A stretch of DNA of 55,292 nucleotides, the filler included, from Sphacelaria rigidula (Eukaryota): the NCBI GenBank assembly GCA_964200075.2. It is 4 parts of 4 records of this genome, joined end to end, with 100 filler letters (N's around TTAATTAATTAA, not from the genome) between each part and the next. Parts side by side here need not be neighbours in the genome. Positions count along the whole stretch, not along the records: positions 13,851 to 27,600 come from CAXNAA020002689.1; positions 27,701 to 41,446 come from CAXNAA020002690.1; 2 more parts are not named here. The stretch is one strand, 5' to 3'. Of the stretch, positions 24,560 through 38,200 are shown one piece after another. Each line of letters opens with the position of its first letter. Position 1 is the stretch's first letter. Under the pieces are notes generated by a model. It was not told the origin of the DNA. It made no database searches and saw nothing but the letters and a program-made list of their open reading frames with translations. Position numbers and translations under genes: made by a program.

Positions 24560-25860
24560 GTATATGTTGTTCCTGAGGCGTGCATACTGCAGCGCATTTT
24601 ATCCTCGGATGTCTGCATTTGTGGTGTCGTTATCGAACTGTATGTTGATGAAGGTCGACCGGCCGCGGAAGCACTGATCGACTGCTCGGCCATAAAGTGC
24701 AAGATAGATACGGTACCAGAAGGGAGGGAGATTGCTGAACTCCCTCGAGACCATGGACCCGTGCTAAGGACGGAGCGATTACCAATACGACCGAAGGACA
24801 CACTGTATGCTGTCTGGTGTGTTCGCTACATACCCACTATAAACGGTATGCTGTGTATACAAACTTCACCAACCCTGCGGCTTTCTACAATAAAAACATG
24901 TTATACTTGACTCTCGTGTGCCATGAAAATGCATGCAGGATAGCGTGTGGTATTCCCCGTGGCGTGCTTCGTGGCCTGCGCCTTACACGCAGGCCGTTTT
25001 GAACAAACATGTACGTGTGTTTCATCCATTGTTGTGTGCAGTTTCCTGCCGGACAATGGACCGACTTCACGATCGGGGTACTGTACTTGGACATTTTCCA
25101 ACCGGCGCTCTCTCACACGATTCGCAAGGCCATAGATCCCCTGGAGCCGCTGGAACTGCTGGGCAACATCGGCGGGATGTGGGGTACGTGCGTACGGGAT
25201 GATAGGTCGAACAGGATGTCTCTCGTTTGACACGGATCCATTCAGCATTGCTGCTAATTTTGTCGTGCTTTCTTTCAACGGTCATTGCAGTACTTGGAAT
25301 CCCGTTCGAATGTCCGTCCTCACCTGGGGTGAGTCCATACTGTCGGGGGATCGAGCCGTCTACAGCATCCCCAATCACCTACGTACCTTGAACGTGAAAA
25401 CTGCATGGACCTTAGTACAGAAAATGCGCATAATGGTGTTTCTCTCCCCCAAGAAACGGTGAGGGTTTCCCTCAAATATGCGGTAGAAGGGAAACGCGAC
25501 ACAAACCTTTTCCGCTCGGAATTTGCCAAGGGCACCAATCGGGGATACGTGTTGTACCGGTGCTCGGAACGTGCATGAAAAACGTATGCAGAAACGTCGT
25601 ACGGCCGTCCAAAAAGTAATATTTTGCTCCATCCGTTGTCGTATTGGCATTAAACGACAAGAGCCATGGTTTGCTGAAAGCAGTGAGTTGTTGTTTTGGA
25701 GTAGTAGCGTTACTAGATTACTCTCGCACCTCAAGATGACAATGCCGAACAGCCTCCGTGTTGTCTGCAGTCCGAACAAATGGTCACCGGCGGCCACGAC
25801 ATGTCAACTAGCGCAATCTCGGAATCGCTACGTTTTACGCAGATTCGCCGCTCACAAGCA
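24560..25860 (-). pseudogene. Highly degenerate hAT-like DNA transposase relic
   Basis: Fragments lie in the expected order across shifted frames: TTTDGA (second catalytic D region), ALGKFR, PLKESTTKL...VRPII, and EQSISASA (dimerisation-domain SxxxER-like). Many stops. Confidence 0.4.
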
Positions 25861-25924
25861 CCACTGACGAAACAAACCCTTTCCTTGCCGATGAAAATAT
25901 GCGATGGCTGCAAAACAAATCTCC

Positions 25925-27533
25925 AAGGGCAGGTCGAGTAGAGTATGTACTTCTGAGCACTCGAGTGAAATACCCGAGTATTTACTCGAATTTTGAGTAG
26001 GTCGAGTACGGCCTCAACTACTCTACTCAAATTTTGGGTAGATTGAGTACGGCCTCAAATACTCTACTCAATTTTTGAGTAGATCGAGTACGACCTTCAA
26101 TACTCTACTCAAATATTGGGTGAGCACTCTCGGTAAAACTTGAGCATAGAGTATCAGTCGGGTATGATGATTAACCGTGACCGTCGGTGACTTCGTGACG
26201 TCACTTCACAGACCGTGTTGAATACATGGGCGAACGATGGCCATCAATGAGATGAGTGGCGTTACGTCTCGGGCTATAATGAGTGTGAGCGAATGATCAC
26301 CATAGAAAACAAGAAGAGCGTGCAGGAGAATAAACGTACCTGCCCCATCTCACCTGCCCCCACCCATGGCAGTACATGCTTGATGCCTGGGAAGTGGAAC
26401 GGTGGTGGCACGACGTGAAGGTGAGGGGTGAGACACCAGCCGAGCTGTGCAGAGATGCGATCCAATCTCGTGGAACGTGTTTTGGGGGAAACAATTACGT
26501 GTATCGATCTTTCAGCGTCTGGGTTATCTCAGGAATGTAGTTGCACTTTTACCGATCATTTTGATTCCGTCCTTTTTCGTTTGTGCTCGACAGATTGTGA
26601 AGTCTGTTTTTTTTTCTGTGGCGCTGTAACCATGTGCCTCATGACCCTTTCATTATCAGATGTTTCCCCTTTTCCCTACATGCAGACGGGTGAAGTGTGT
26701 CACACACCCAGTGACATGTCCGGATGCCCGGGCATGAACTATGCACAAGACTTCGACTACCAATACTCCGATATGATTTTTACGCTTTCCAGTACCCCCT
26801 CTAGTCTACACGGTACAATCCCAACGCCCTTCGACATTATCCCAGTGTTCATTTTACCCTAGGTCTGTACCATTCAGTTTTGATCCAGATCCTACTCGAA
26901 TATACTGTATCCGAATGTTTGCTGAAGTTTAATCATTGGTGGGCAACTCTGGGAATACGTCGGTATTTATTCTACCCGAGTTTGAGCATCTTGCGTACGA
27001 ACTCGAATACTAAAGTTGAAGTCATACGCAAGGTCTGGTACATCGGGTCCGGCCTCTGATACTCTACCCCACTTTCGGGTAGGTTGGTTAAGACCTCACA
27101 TACTCTACTCAATTTTTGAGTGAGACGAGTGTGTGCGTATGTGTGTATGTGTGTGTTGCCATCCCATCTATTCTGGACGCCGGTCTACACATTTCGGTAT
27201 ATGTGGACGCACCAGCCGAGGTCACACAGGAGTTTCTTCTCTTTTGTTTGTTTTTACTTCTCCACCTCCCTTGTGCGGTGCTTGTCTTTTTTCTTTCGCG
27301 AGACAGGTTCAGGATCCATTCCCTTTTCATCGTCGACCATTAAATCGATTTTTGTGTACCCACCACATAGTCGCTCTCCACTGTTGAGCTTTGTCTGAGA
27401 AAAAAACCCAGATCGCTCCGCGATTTGAACCCACGACAGAGCCGTCAGAAAGTTTCGAGGTTACCAATTGAGCCACCGGGGCGACTAATCGAGTACGGCC
27501 GCAAATACCCTACTCAAAGTTTGGATAAATTGA
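25925..27533. repeat. Element with GAGTA/TACTC-rich arrays at both ends (39-bp tandem units)
   Basis: Three units of ttttg(a/g)gtag.tcgagtacggcctcaa.tactctactcaa at about 25990-26115. The same unit recurs at 27100-27121 and 27488-27533, split by a SINE. Confidence 0.7.
27128..27485 (-). mobile_element. tRNA-derived SINE
   Basis: Head gtcgccccggtggctcaattgg (A box) ... ggttcaaatc (B box), a body ending gcgtccagaatagatgggatggc, and a (CA)-rich tail. Same family as 53923 and 55186. Confidence 0.9.
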
Positions 27534-27534
27534 G

Positions 27535-27571
<37 letters not shown>
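27533..27571. repeat. (GTT)n microsatellite
   Basis: Read directly from the sequence. Confidence 0.97.
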
Positions 27572-27600
27572 CTTCACATTAAAAGCCGTTCCGATATCTG

Positions 27601-27700
27601 NNNNNNNNNNNNNNNNNNNNNNNNNNNNNNNNNNNNNNNNNNNNTTAATTAATTAANNNNNNNNNNNNNNNNNNNNNNNNNNNNNNNNNNNNNNNNNNNN
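27601..27700. other. Synthetic contig spacer
   Basis: 44 N + TTAATTAATTAA + 44 N. Confidence 0.97.
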
Positions 27701-30052
27701 GGTAGGAGCCAGTGCGGTTCAGTACAAAGTACCGACAGGAACGGTCCGGGAACCAGTACTGTAGCCAGTGTTTAGTCTAGCCAGACCGGCTCCGCGGCTC
27801 TATATTGTAAGCTCTACAGTTGGAGTTTAGAGCTGAGATTCAGAGAGCGAAGGTTCAGATAGAGCTGTACACCAGCGGGTGACGTCTGAATGAATAACGA
27901 AAAGTACGGCGATGCAGCGCCCCACTCGGGTACGTCGTCTGCTCAACCCATCAAGATCTCTCGTGACAATTGTCTTGCTCCGCTACAAAACGGTGCACTG
28001 CGAGGAAGCGCGCCACGGATACACCAAACAACACCTCACAAGTTAGCGTTTCCATGTTGTCGACACAATTCCAGCGCGCTTGTGCACTACAGCGTTGTAC
28101 TCCCCTGTGGCAGCCCGTCACGGTATTGCTCCTCATGTTTTATGACGCTTTATTCGAAAGCACGCAGAGGAGATGCCAGCGAGTCTATCGTTGTTGCACT
28201 TGGAGGTGAGATGTACCAGTTTTTCGATCTAGTACTGCCGCATGCTCCGTGCTGTACCAACTACACTGGTGACCAGTGGGGTGCCTGCAACCTCGAATTT
28301 GGCCGTTACAGACCTTGCACCAGCTCTGCAACGTCCAAATTTGAGGTTACAGGCCCCCCACTGGCCACCCGTGTAGTATCCCGTACAACTTCAAAAACGG
28401 ATATGCATGAAATATACGCCACCGACATGCTCTGGATATCATGAACTGTGTACGAGACGCATGGAGTGTACTTTTTGTCAAGGGATGCAAGGACGCGACC
28501 ATACTGCAGTACAGGTAGGTTTTATTATCAGCATGCAACGCGTGATTCGAACGAGACACAAAACAAAGCATTTGCATCATACCTGGGGTTTTGGTACTGA
28601 AACGAGTCCACCAGCCCCTCCACCACCTACCGTAAGGAGATAAATACCACTTGTTGATATAAACTAAGTTATAGGCAGACCTTCATTTTAGAGTAGAGGG
28701 CCCAGCCGAGACCATTCCGGGTTAACCGCCGAAATCCGAGACGGCAACGTCCCAAACACCGAATTAAATTGAAATTGGAAGCGCCCTGGACACAGGGCGA
28801 TCTGCAAATCACGAAAGAAACAACAATACCTCCCGCGTTGTCGTTCCCTCTCAGTGAAACTACCTACGGCCGTTGAAGTTACAGAGTAAAATGATGTGCG
28901 ATCGATGTGGTAGGATCGCCGCCGTGAAGCCAAGGCCTTTACCGTTTTGAGTCCTCTACTAAGCCAACGTCGCTCGCTGGAGTACTCAACCCATCAAAAT
29001 CCGCCTGCCTGAGTGCAACAGCCTCTGCACGCCTCTCGCCACAAGCATATTTCAACGAACGCCATGTGCATTGAGTATCGACCATTGTTGTCATCATACT
29101 GGCTAATGCGAACATTTCCTGTCCCCGTTGAGCGCAGCTTTTTGCCTCAAATAAATACCTTTTTCACCGCAACAACTCAGGCGGCAGTGGATCATTCCGC
29201 TGATCGTAACCGCAAATCCTGCTTGTTTTGATGTCCCGTACATTTTTGCCCAACTGTATACTCACTCCAACCCTTGGGGCCAAATCGCCGATCAGAATAC
29301 AAGCACAAAGAATATCCAGGCATTCCACGGGTGATAGGAGCTTTCACACAGAGATTCCTTCACCCGAAACTTTTTCTTCGTGGGTGAACCTTTGAACCAC
29401 CCCTTGGGTATAGTCGACTCCATATAAACACACACGCCAGTGCTCCTTCTGCTGAAAGTTGACGGAGCACACGGCTTCCCGACCGGTTGCTGCGCAGATG
29501 ATGTGACGTTGTAGTCCACTCATTTTCCGCTGTCTAGAGGTTCAGATTTGGCGATGCACTCTGTAAAGACATGGTTGAATTAGTGGCGAGCATAGTACAG
29601 TATGACGGGTGTCAGTGGCGGTTGTGTTGTCAATTGGTTCTGAACGGGGCACATGCTCTCTTTGACTCCGCGGTCATGCGTCGTGAGGCTTCCGTGTATA
29701 TCAATACCGCAGCGGGAAAAATCCCCACATTAATCGTGCCGTTCCTCCTCATTGCCTTCATCATCAGAGTAACAGTTGCCTCCTGGTTATTCGTTCAACA
29801 AAGCACTGCGGAACTCAACAATTAAAACTGTCATATTGTCAAAGCTCCGCTGCCATATCTGTTTTTCTCGTACATCGGACACTAGGTTGACGTTATGATG
29901 GGATATCTACAGTTTGCAAGATAAACAATTATTTGGTGAATACATGGCATTTGCCATTCCGCCAACTGGTGACATGATCTAATTCGCTGAGACTGGGTTG
30001 ATGTGGATAACACTTGAAACTTCAAAACGCTAGATCTTCGCGTGGAACGTCA

Positions 30053-33000
30053 CTACCGCGTGGCACTCAACTTGGGTACATTGCGCAATCGGCTCACCGT
30101 CGTGACAGCTTGCACGGTGACAATACGATTTCCATCTTCAGACACCGTTTCCCTCTCCGCTCCCCAGTGATTGAAGCTTCCAGGAGATGGGGGGGGCGGA
30201 GGAGATGGATAAGGCGCCGATATTGTGGAAAGCGCTGGAAGTGTGATTTTACTCGAATTCATCCCAAGGGTGTTCAGCAATGCCCTCGCTTCCCTGAGCA
30301 CGACAGCACAATCTCGGTGCTTCTTGACTGTTTTTTGAACCACTCGATTGATGCTATTTCGTGCCAGCCGCAGCATCGCCGGTGAAATTGACGGAGCGGA
30401 GTTTGTCTTTGAGGCGGACGAGGGCATTTTCAGAGGAAAAAGAGGGGCGGCGAACTGTTTTAGCGTTGCAAGGACGGTGGGCACGGGGCGGCATAGTTAT
30501 GTCATCATACAGATATTCACAGTTCAGCTAACGTCCCATCACAATCGAAATTGCTAGTTGACCTGGGGATAATCACCGATGGAGCAGCGGGGATGATGGT
30601 ACCGACCTTGCACCCACCTCGATCCACCCATAAATTGATTCGCGCTTGGTTTTACAGCTGATCGATCGATCGATAGGTTGATTGATTGCCGTACATGAAA
30701 TGATCCGTCATGACGACAGCCGTGGATACAAGAAAAACGTGACCGGGATGGACGAAGGGAAGCATTCGACAAAGGAGCCTCGAAAGGGTGGGGACATGGA
30801 AAGAAAGGAGGCCAAACAAGAACCTGAAAACGAGAAAAAGGAAAGAAAGGACCAAAGGGAAAAGCGATGAAGTTGAAGGAGAAAAACCTTAGAAACCCCG
30901 GGCTACCACCGCGTACCGATTCCGTCAAATACACACACATATACATACGTCAAAGAATACAAGAGGAGTAAAGCTATTCTCACGGGATGACCGCGGATAT
31001 TTACCTGACGGGCGTGTGTCAGACCCTCTCTCATTAAGACGCAACTAGCCGCCACCACCCACGCATCAGCATGATACCTCTCGAACGCTCGTAGAATGAC
31101 AAGTAGCACGGTCTCCTCGGCGAGCACGGCGCGCGCAGCTCCGAATGCATCGCCCAAGCTGTCATGTACGTCACTGTCGCCGGAGTTATGTTCACTGCTG
31201 TCACCCGGGATGCCGCTGGTATCGTCGTTGCTCTTGTTACAGCTAATGATGCAGAGGTCCCGCAACTGCTGGCATATGCCAACGTCAGTGGCTCTCAATA
31301 GGGAGAGTAGAGCTTGCGACACTACCACGCGCGGAAGGGCATTTCTCCATCTGTCGAGTGCAGAACAAAAACACGACGTTTGTAGACCAGGTTGTGTCTT
31401 TCCCCGCCCTGCCTGCTTGCAATAGACGCGAACTTGACACTCCGACGGTGTAGACTAGGTAGGTAGCGAGAGGATGAGAAACCAACGTATAGTGTCTGGT
31501 AAGAAACATCCAGGTGACTTCTCGCTTTCTCGCAGGACGAAGCGCGATTCTATCTAGTGAACATCGAAGGCGTGATGACAGGAAATAGCACCACGACTTC
31601 TTCAAAGTCCATTCGTACGGTAGCCGGTCCAACCCTCGAGGCATTACCGGCTAGTCCCAAGGGAGGTGCGACAATTGACATACGTCCAGCGATCCTTGCC
31701 ACTTGGAATACGGCACGGTCGTTTTTGTTACCCACCTGTTTGAACAATCCCGGTGTTTTGGGGTGGAGTAAACAGGCACATCCACTGGCATCATATTGTG
31801 GTCTTGTCCTTCCTCCGAGCCTGCTCCATCGTGTCTGCAATCACCATTCTCGAGCACTGAGGCAGCGGAATCGCGTACTCTGTCGCTGCCTTATTGCGCA
31901 GAAAGGTCGGCGGCATCGCTTTTCAACATTCCTCGTGTTATTTCAATACTTGCTGCGACGCACTAAAGCTATCGTGCCGGAACGAAAGATTTCTCTAAAA
32001 CCGCGGACATGCATCGTACGCTTTGCCTTCATGGCATCATTCTATTGTGTGTTGGTGTGAAAACATTTGTGCTCATAACCTCACTGCTCATCATCACTGG
32101 TTCCGACATAAACAGAGCATACACGATCGTTTGCTGTGTATACTCGAGCCAAGCTTTGGAGATGTTCGTCTCTACCGACGGCGACGTCGTGCGTGAGGCA
32201 TGGTGTATTTCCCTGACACTGGGTCACAAGATGCGAGCACTTCATCGCTCGTCGTACGATTCCATCAACGAACACGGAGACATCGCTGCGATCTTCGCGA
32301 CGATCTTCGCGGCGATCTTGAGGTGCGTTCTTGACCTTGGTGTTCAAATCTCACCGCAAATAGGCGAAGCTGTGCATGAGCATCACGTACCTCACCTGGC
32401 AACTGTGCTGAGACCTCCATCGCGCCGCACCCGGCTAGCTCTGCCCCCCTCTGCGGCACTCCCGTCTCTTGCGTACACCTCATGACTAGCTCTGCCCCCC
32501 TCGGCGGTATTTCCGCCTTTTTTATGCCCTTCAGAGCCCATCTCAGCATTACAACGGCACCGATCGCACTAGCCAACACCTCTGTATATTCGGCTGTATC
32601 CCAGGCCCCACGCGCTCCACGACCCTTGATAGACACCCCCAATATATCCCAGTATCCATTTCTATCATCCCACTTCGTCGTATCACGTGAGTGTACATTC
32701 TTATGCTCCATTTCTACACCCGAAATCTTTGCGGAAAGCCTACGCTGAAGTCGTGAATACGCGACAGGATTGGCAACTTTTTGAATCGATAAACGCCGTA
32801 CGTCACTCGGTAGAAGCAGTCCCTGACCTTGAACATCCAACGGTAGAGAATCCATTGAAACTGCACTTTGCCGTCCCGCACGTTTTCTAGGCATCGCGAC
32901 ATCATCAGCCGGCAGCGGTTCTAACCGGATACCACTCGACTGCCGACCTAGTTTCGAGCTTATTGTGGAGCCGGTAGCGCCAGGTCTCCCGCACCAGGAT

Positions 33001-34222
33001 TTCCTGCGCAAGCGCTCCCCTGATACCTCTCGAGGTGTCCTCGAAGAGCCGTGACGACGACAAGATTGTGCCAAGAATTTTTCGTCCACCGAGTCGAGTT
33101 GTTGCAACATTGTGTCAAGCCGGAGTTGTCGAACGCAGTCATCATAAAAGCCACTCGGATAGCATAGGCGCACCGTCTCGAAAACGTGACGCTGCGAGTT
33201 GGTGAAGTCATCGTACAAGCAATGGAGACACCCAATAACAGCCAAGAGTTGCACTTGGGCATAATTGGTCTTTCGAGGTGGCTGTCTTTCCCTATGATGA
33301 AAAGAAACAGTGGAACAACGCGGGAAAGTCGTTACGGCCGGCTTGGCAAAATACATATTTACCTTCACTCGTGGCTCCACGCTTTCCGAAGCTCACGTGT
33401 ACCCCCTTTGTTTGAAAATCTTGAATCCAGCTTTTGCTGTGATCAAATAGACTATCGCAGGCTGAGGTTTTGACGAGAAACGTCTCGGGAAAACATTCCT
33501 CTGCAATAGAGGCATCAAATATCGTCAGGGTTAGACTATTCCTCGAAGCACCTCTTCCGTTCTCACCAGCAAGCTCCTCGGTCTTCTACCGGCCCCTGCG
33601 CCATACGACGCGCCTGCTACAACCTCTACCAAGAGGGGTATCACTCCGACGCTTCGTAGTTCATCAGCGTCCGCTCTTTCTAGTAATGCCACCTTATGGA
33701 GTAGGCGTGATGCATGGACCTGCGTATGGGAAGGAGTGACTCAAAATAAGGGGAAGTCGAGATGTTCACGAGTCGTTACGAGATTCTAGCGATAAAATCG
33801 TACGCTGAATCAACGTAAGCTGGAGACACTTCACTCTCGAAGAGTCATGTCTGTGGTTAGAACGGGTGCTTTAGTTCTAGTACTCAAATCTTCAACCCAT
33901 TTTGCGGTCTTCTGTGCGGATAACTACCATCAAGTCAAACAGGTGGATATCCTGAAATCCGCCCTGAACAGCTAAAAATAACAGTTTGGGTCTGCAAGCA
34001 AAACACTGCCCAATGCCTCCTCCAGGCGCATAAACATCACTTGCGGCTACTTACCGCTACACCACGATCGGTGACATGCCTCTGGAGGGCACCCACCACA
34101 TCCAGATAGATATGATCATACGTCAAAAACGTCTTCCCAGTCCCCTGAAGACTTGCTATGTGCCCCAGCAACGCAAGGGCGTCACGAGTCAGCGACACGT
34201 CCTCAGGGAACCTGATCATTTC
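30053..34222 (-). CDS. Multi-exon alpha-solenoid (ARM/HEAT-like) protein, model incomplete, possibly disrupted
   Basis: Exon 34222-34055 (EMIRFPEDVSLTRDALALLGHIA...VVGALQRHVTDRGVA|gtaagt) joins in phase to the exon starting at 33719 (VHASRLLHKVALL...ELRSVGVIPLLVEVV). A long ORF spans 33380-32265. Exon 31350-31005 (LLVILRAFERYHADAWVVAASCVLMRE|gtaaat) joins in phase to the exon starting at 30454 (SINRVVQKTVKKHRDCAVVLREARALLNTL). Middle junctions are not resolved. Confidence 0.55.
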
Positions 34223-34269
34223 CTGTCAGTATACAAAGGGAAGAGCCATTTATCGGTTGATCAGGGGCA

Positions 34270-34709
34270 CTGTCTGCTGCTCATATCGGTTGTTGATTAT
34301 GTCCTTAGTCGGTGGCTCTGCGGTGCCCACTGGTGTGTGTCTGTATCGTATCTGCTGCCCTGGATCCCTTGGGCTTTTTTTGTTTTTTGTTCTTTGTTCT
34401 TTGTTCTTTGTTTTTTGTTTTTTGTTATTTTAGTTTAGTATAGTATAGTTTAGTTTAGTTTATTTCCTGTTATTTTTCTTATTTTCCTTTTTTGTTCAAG
34501 ATCGGCCATTTCTTTCTGTACCTTGCTTTCGGTGACTTCTTTTTTACGTCTTAGTCTACCATGTCGCTCTGTTCGACTTTCTTCGTTCCTCCTTCTTCTT
34601 CGGCAAGTGTTCCAGTTTTGTTTTTTCTTGGGCACGCCTATCATGTAACCACGGCTGCATCCCTGGGGGATCAGTTAAGGTGCGACAACCAATAAATCAA
34701 AATCAAAAC
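34270..34709 (+). mobile_element. 3' UTR fragment of an RTE LINE
   Basis: Matches 42990-43590 (ctcatatcggttgtt...gcggtgcccactggtgtgtgtctgtatc...ggggg.tcagttaa.gtgcgacaa). Short ATCAA-type tail. Confidence 0.8.
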
Positions 34710-35049
34710 TCTCAAACATAACCTCTAGTTCCTAAGAGGTGAATGTCAAGAAGAACGAGTAAATAGAACCATCGAACGACGAACGGTCCTATGCGAGCCT
34801 CCGTCAGCCCCGCGACAAGGCTTCAAAATGCGGAGGCCGTTCAGAAGGAAAAGCCGAGGTACTGGTCACGTTCATGTGCCTGGAAACGATACACACTACT
34901 AGGCAAAAAAAAACAATCACTTCATCCGGAGAAAATAAACACCGCGCATATAAGGCAAAGGGAAGGCGGGAGAAGAAGATGGCGAGGACATAGAGCTAGA
35001 GTTACAAACCATCGAAAACACGACATATTGTACAGATCATAAAGCCAAC

Positions 35050-38000
35050 AATCAATAGCACTGGCCACGATGATTCCCATGCAACCCCTTCATCCCCAAT
35101 GATGGATACATCAAGCCGCTTCTTTATATTTGTTTCCGTCTTGGATTCCTTCGCGGTTGCTCTTGTGATGCCATTCTCAGTTACTCTCCCCCGGGCAGCT
35201 CTCATCGCGGCAGCCTTTTGGCTATTACAAAACGTGAGGCTCGCGCGAATCGTTGCATCATCGCGCCTCCCCGGCCTCCTCGAAGTCCACCTCCTCGAAC
35301 TCCTCATATACTTTGCCCACATCCTTCGCGGATGTGACTTGACCTTGGGAGTCTGTGACCCCTGCGGCCTTAATAAACCGCTTCCTTTCGTTCCCCCTGA
35401 GATGGACAAACTCCTGGATCGCGGACTCTCTCTTCGAGACTGTCTCCCCCAGTGCTGGGGAAATCAATCAACCATGGGCTTTTGTGTGAGCAATTGTTCG
35501 AAGATGACGCGCTTCGGAAGACGTGTTTCGCCCTGCCGGGCAAGGGTCTCCGCGAACCAGAGATGGTACGTGCGGACGACCGTCTCGATGTAGTTGAGTG
35601 TGGTCATCCGAAGCACAGCTTTATGCACAAGAGTCTTATCTCCAATGTGGTCCTTACTATTGAAGCCAATTGCTCGTAGCAGCAATCTATGGTAGGCCGT
35701 ACGCAGACGAAGCCCTCCGCGCATAGTTCACGTGGTACCTTCAAATAGCATGACCTCAACCATCCCGTTTAAAGCAGCCAGATTCTGAGCGATCGCTATG
35801 CTTTACGTCAATCGTAGAGTTGGAAGCTTTACTCTCTGAGACATGTCCATGTGCTGATGCCGCGCGGGATTTGAAAGCACCACCAGGATATGTATAGCCG
35901 GCCGCCTGTTCATACCGTGTCCTGTACCTCGATGTGCAGTGCAGTAAGTCTCTGGAGAACCGGGGACTGACCGGAGGTACCTGATTTCTGTTTCCTTCTC
36001 CGATACTGTTAGTCGTAACTCCTGGCTGATCACACCTATCACTGCCATTGTACTAGCGAGTCCATCTGGAGATATGAAGACTACGCCCGCATCACCCGCG
36101 GGTAGCAATCCCCACATTGCGTGCTGTACCCTCTCCAGCAGCGTCCATCGTCTAGAGGTGCCCTTCTTATTCCTCATTTCATCAATTAGCCATTCCGCAT
36201 CTGAGGCGACAGCCGGGTCTGCCACAAATTTCTGCAAATTCCCGTCTATCACTGCCAACGCAAAGGCGTTGAACGGCAACGGGGATCGATCAAACCATTG
36301 TCTGAAGCCGTGAGACGTGGAACGTTCCGATTCTTTGCCATCATCCAGCGATCCCCGATCTCAACTCACATTGTGGAACAGGGGCATGATGTTGATCAGC
36401 ACCCACACAGTAACTCTGAGGCGACTCTGAAGTGGGCAATTACTCTCCTTATGAGCGTGCGGTCGACGGAATCCGAGGGCCTCTGCGAGTCGACTAAAAA
36501 CATGCCCAATAAAATAAAATCAAACAGTTCCGGCTCCTGCAGTGAGTATACGACGAAGAGCATGTCGATGGTTGATACGATGCAGAAACCAGCATTACTT
36601 TTCCGGGAGAATCCTAGCCTCCTCGCAGACGCTACCTAGCCTGTTCACCACAGTTCTGAGGATCACGTTAACGACATGTCGCACGAGTAGCACTTCCCTA
36701 TAGTTACCGCACTCGGCCCCATCCTTTTATTTCTACGCTGTTGCCCCGTACTCGGTCCAGTCCTTCTTCTTGCGTAGCACCTTGATGGTGGTGTCCTTCG
36801 ACTCCTGTGGTACCTCGTCAGAGTTATACGAAGCATTGATGCTGCTAATATATGAGAATAACGGGATCTTCGAACACTCTCCGACCCATCCAAGCTTCGG
36901 ACGTTCAATAGGTATGTCATCTGGTCTTCTCGCCCTGTCGTTAACCATTTTTACTCTTAGCGCCTCTTTCACCTCAAACACGGTTGGTGGGTTCCCGAGC
37001 GACACAGCTTCCGGAGGGAGTATGATGCAGTCGATGCCGGTAGAAGCGATGGTGGCCAAGGTTGTATTCAACAGAGTATCGAAGTGCTCCTTCCATCTCC
37101 CACGGCGGTGATCGATCTACCCGTAATTGTTCCCCAGTTTTCTTCCTCCAAACCTCCGTTCTTCTTCAGAGTGCCTATATCAGACTTCCGCGTCTCCATT
37201 CCAAGCCGCCCTGCTTGTTTCCGCGTAAACATGTCCGAGCACATGTCCAACCCCGCCTGGATCATCTCCTCGAGCTTCCGACACGTCTTGAGGTGCGCCA
37301 GGCGGGGTCATCTCTCGGCCCTACACCTATCGGCGTCCTCGTCTTTCCCCTTTCCCTCTAAGTCTCGTCGAACTCCACTCGGACCGTAGTTTTCTCGAAC
37401 CATCTTTGGACACGGGACTGCTGGGTCACGCACGCGGCATGACCTGCTCTGCGGTGGTATCTCCGGGTTCGCCCTTCGTGAGCTCCCTGACAAAAGGCTG
37501 TGTGAGGTGCTCACATTAATCGATATCTGCTGTTAGCATTCACCTATCTACAGACTTGCGCCCGGTGGGAGCTCCCCGCTGCCTGTTTTGTGCAAATCTG
37601 CCTAGGAGTCGCACCATGGCGTATGCGAAGTTGTGGGCTGAGTCTGGCGAATCGGGCGGTTGTGGGTGATGTGATATGTTGATCGAGCTGGCGTTGGGCT
37701 CGCCGTATAATAATGTAGGCCAGCAGCTTTGATCAACAAATGTTTGACTTTTTTCGTACCTTACCACAAGCGGTAGGATATTGCGGCGTTTTACTTGCCA
37801 GTGGAATATGGTGCGTACGAGCGAATATTATGGTGTTAGACCAATCTTGTCCTCTCACGACCGGCACAGCACATCAGACAAAATATTACTAGTTCTCTGA
37901 CTGACCGTTTTACTATCCCTGCGCCGAATGTTCTAGGCGAAGTCGAGCACCGCGAGTTGCTTAATTCGCACGGTAGCGCTACAAGACACGTTGAAGTGCA

Positions 38001-38200
38001 AACAGAGCCACGCATGCGAGTTTGTGCCGAGATCGCCGTGTGCGTAAACCATACATGTCGCACCTCCACTAGCAAAGGAACAAATCCCAACCCTGGCACC
38101 TCCATGCTGCTGTTCATGGCAATACCATTCAACCCTAGCGATGCGCGTCTCTCTTCTTGCGTTCGCCTAGCCTTTGCATCTGTAGATCGCAACTGTCACG
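35050..38200 (-). mobile_element. Degenerate RTE-clade LINE (intronic)
   Basis: RT-region remnants PTVFEVKEAL, EVPQESKDTTIKVLRKKKD, WGLLPAGDAGVV (decayed MLYADD), LTVSEKETE and RLPKRVIF. Many stops and frameshifts. Ends are approximate. Confidence 0.85.

Noticed and set aside
25990..26115. CRISPR-like array
   Set aside because: Units are head-to-tail tandem copies without unique spacers; there are no cas genes and the context is eukaryotic.
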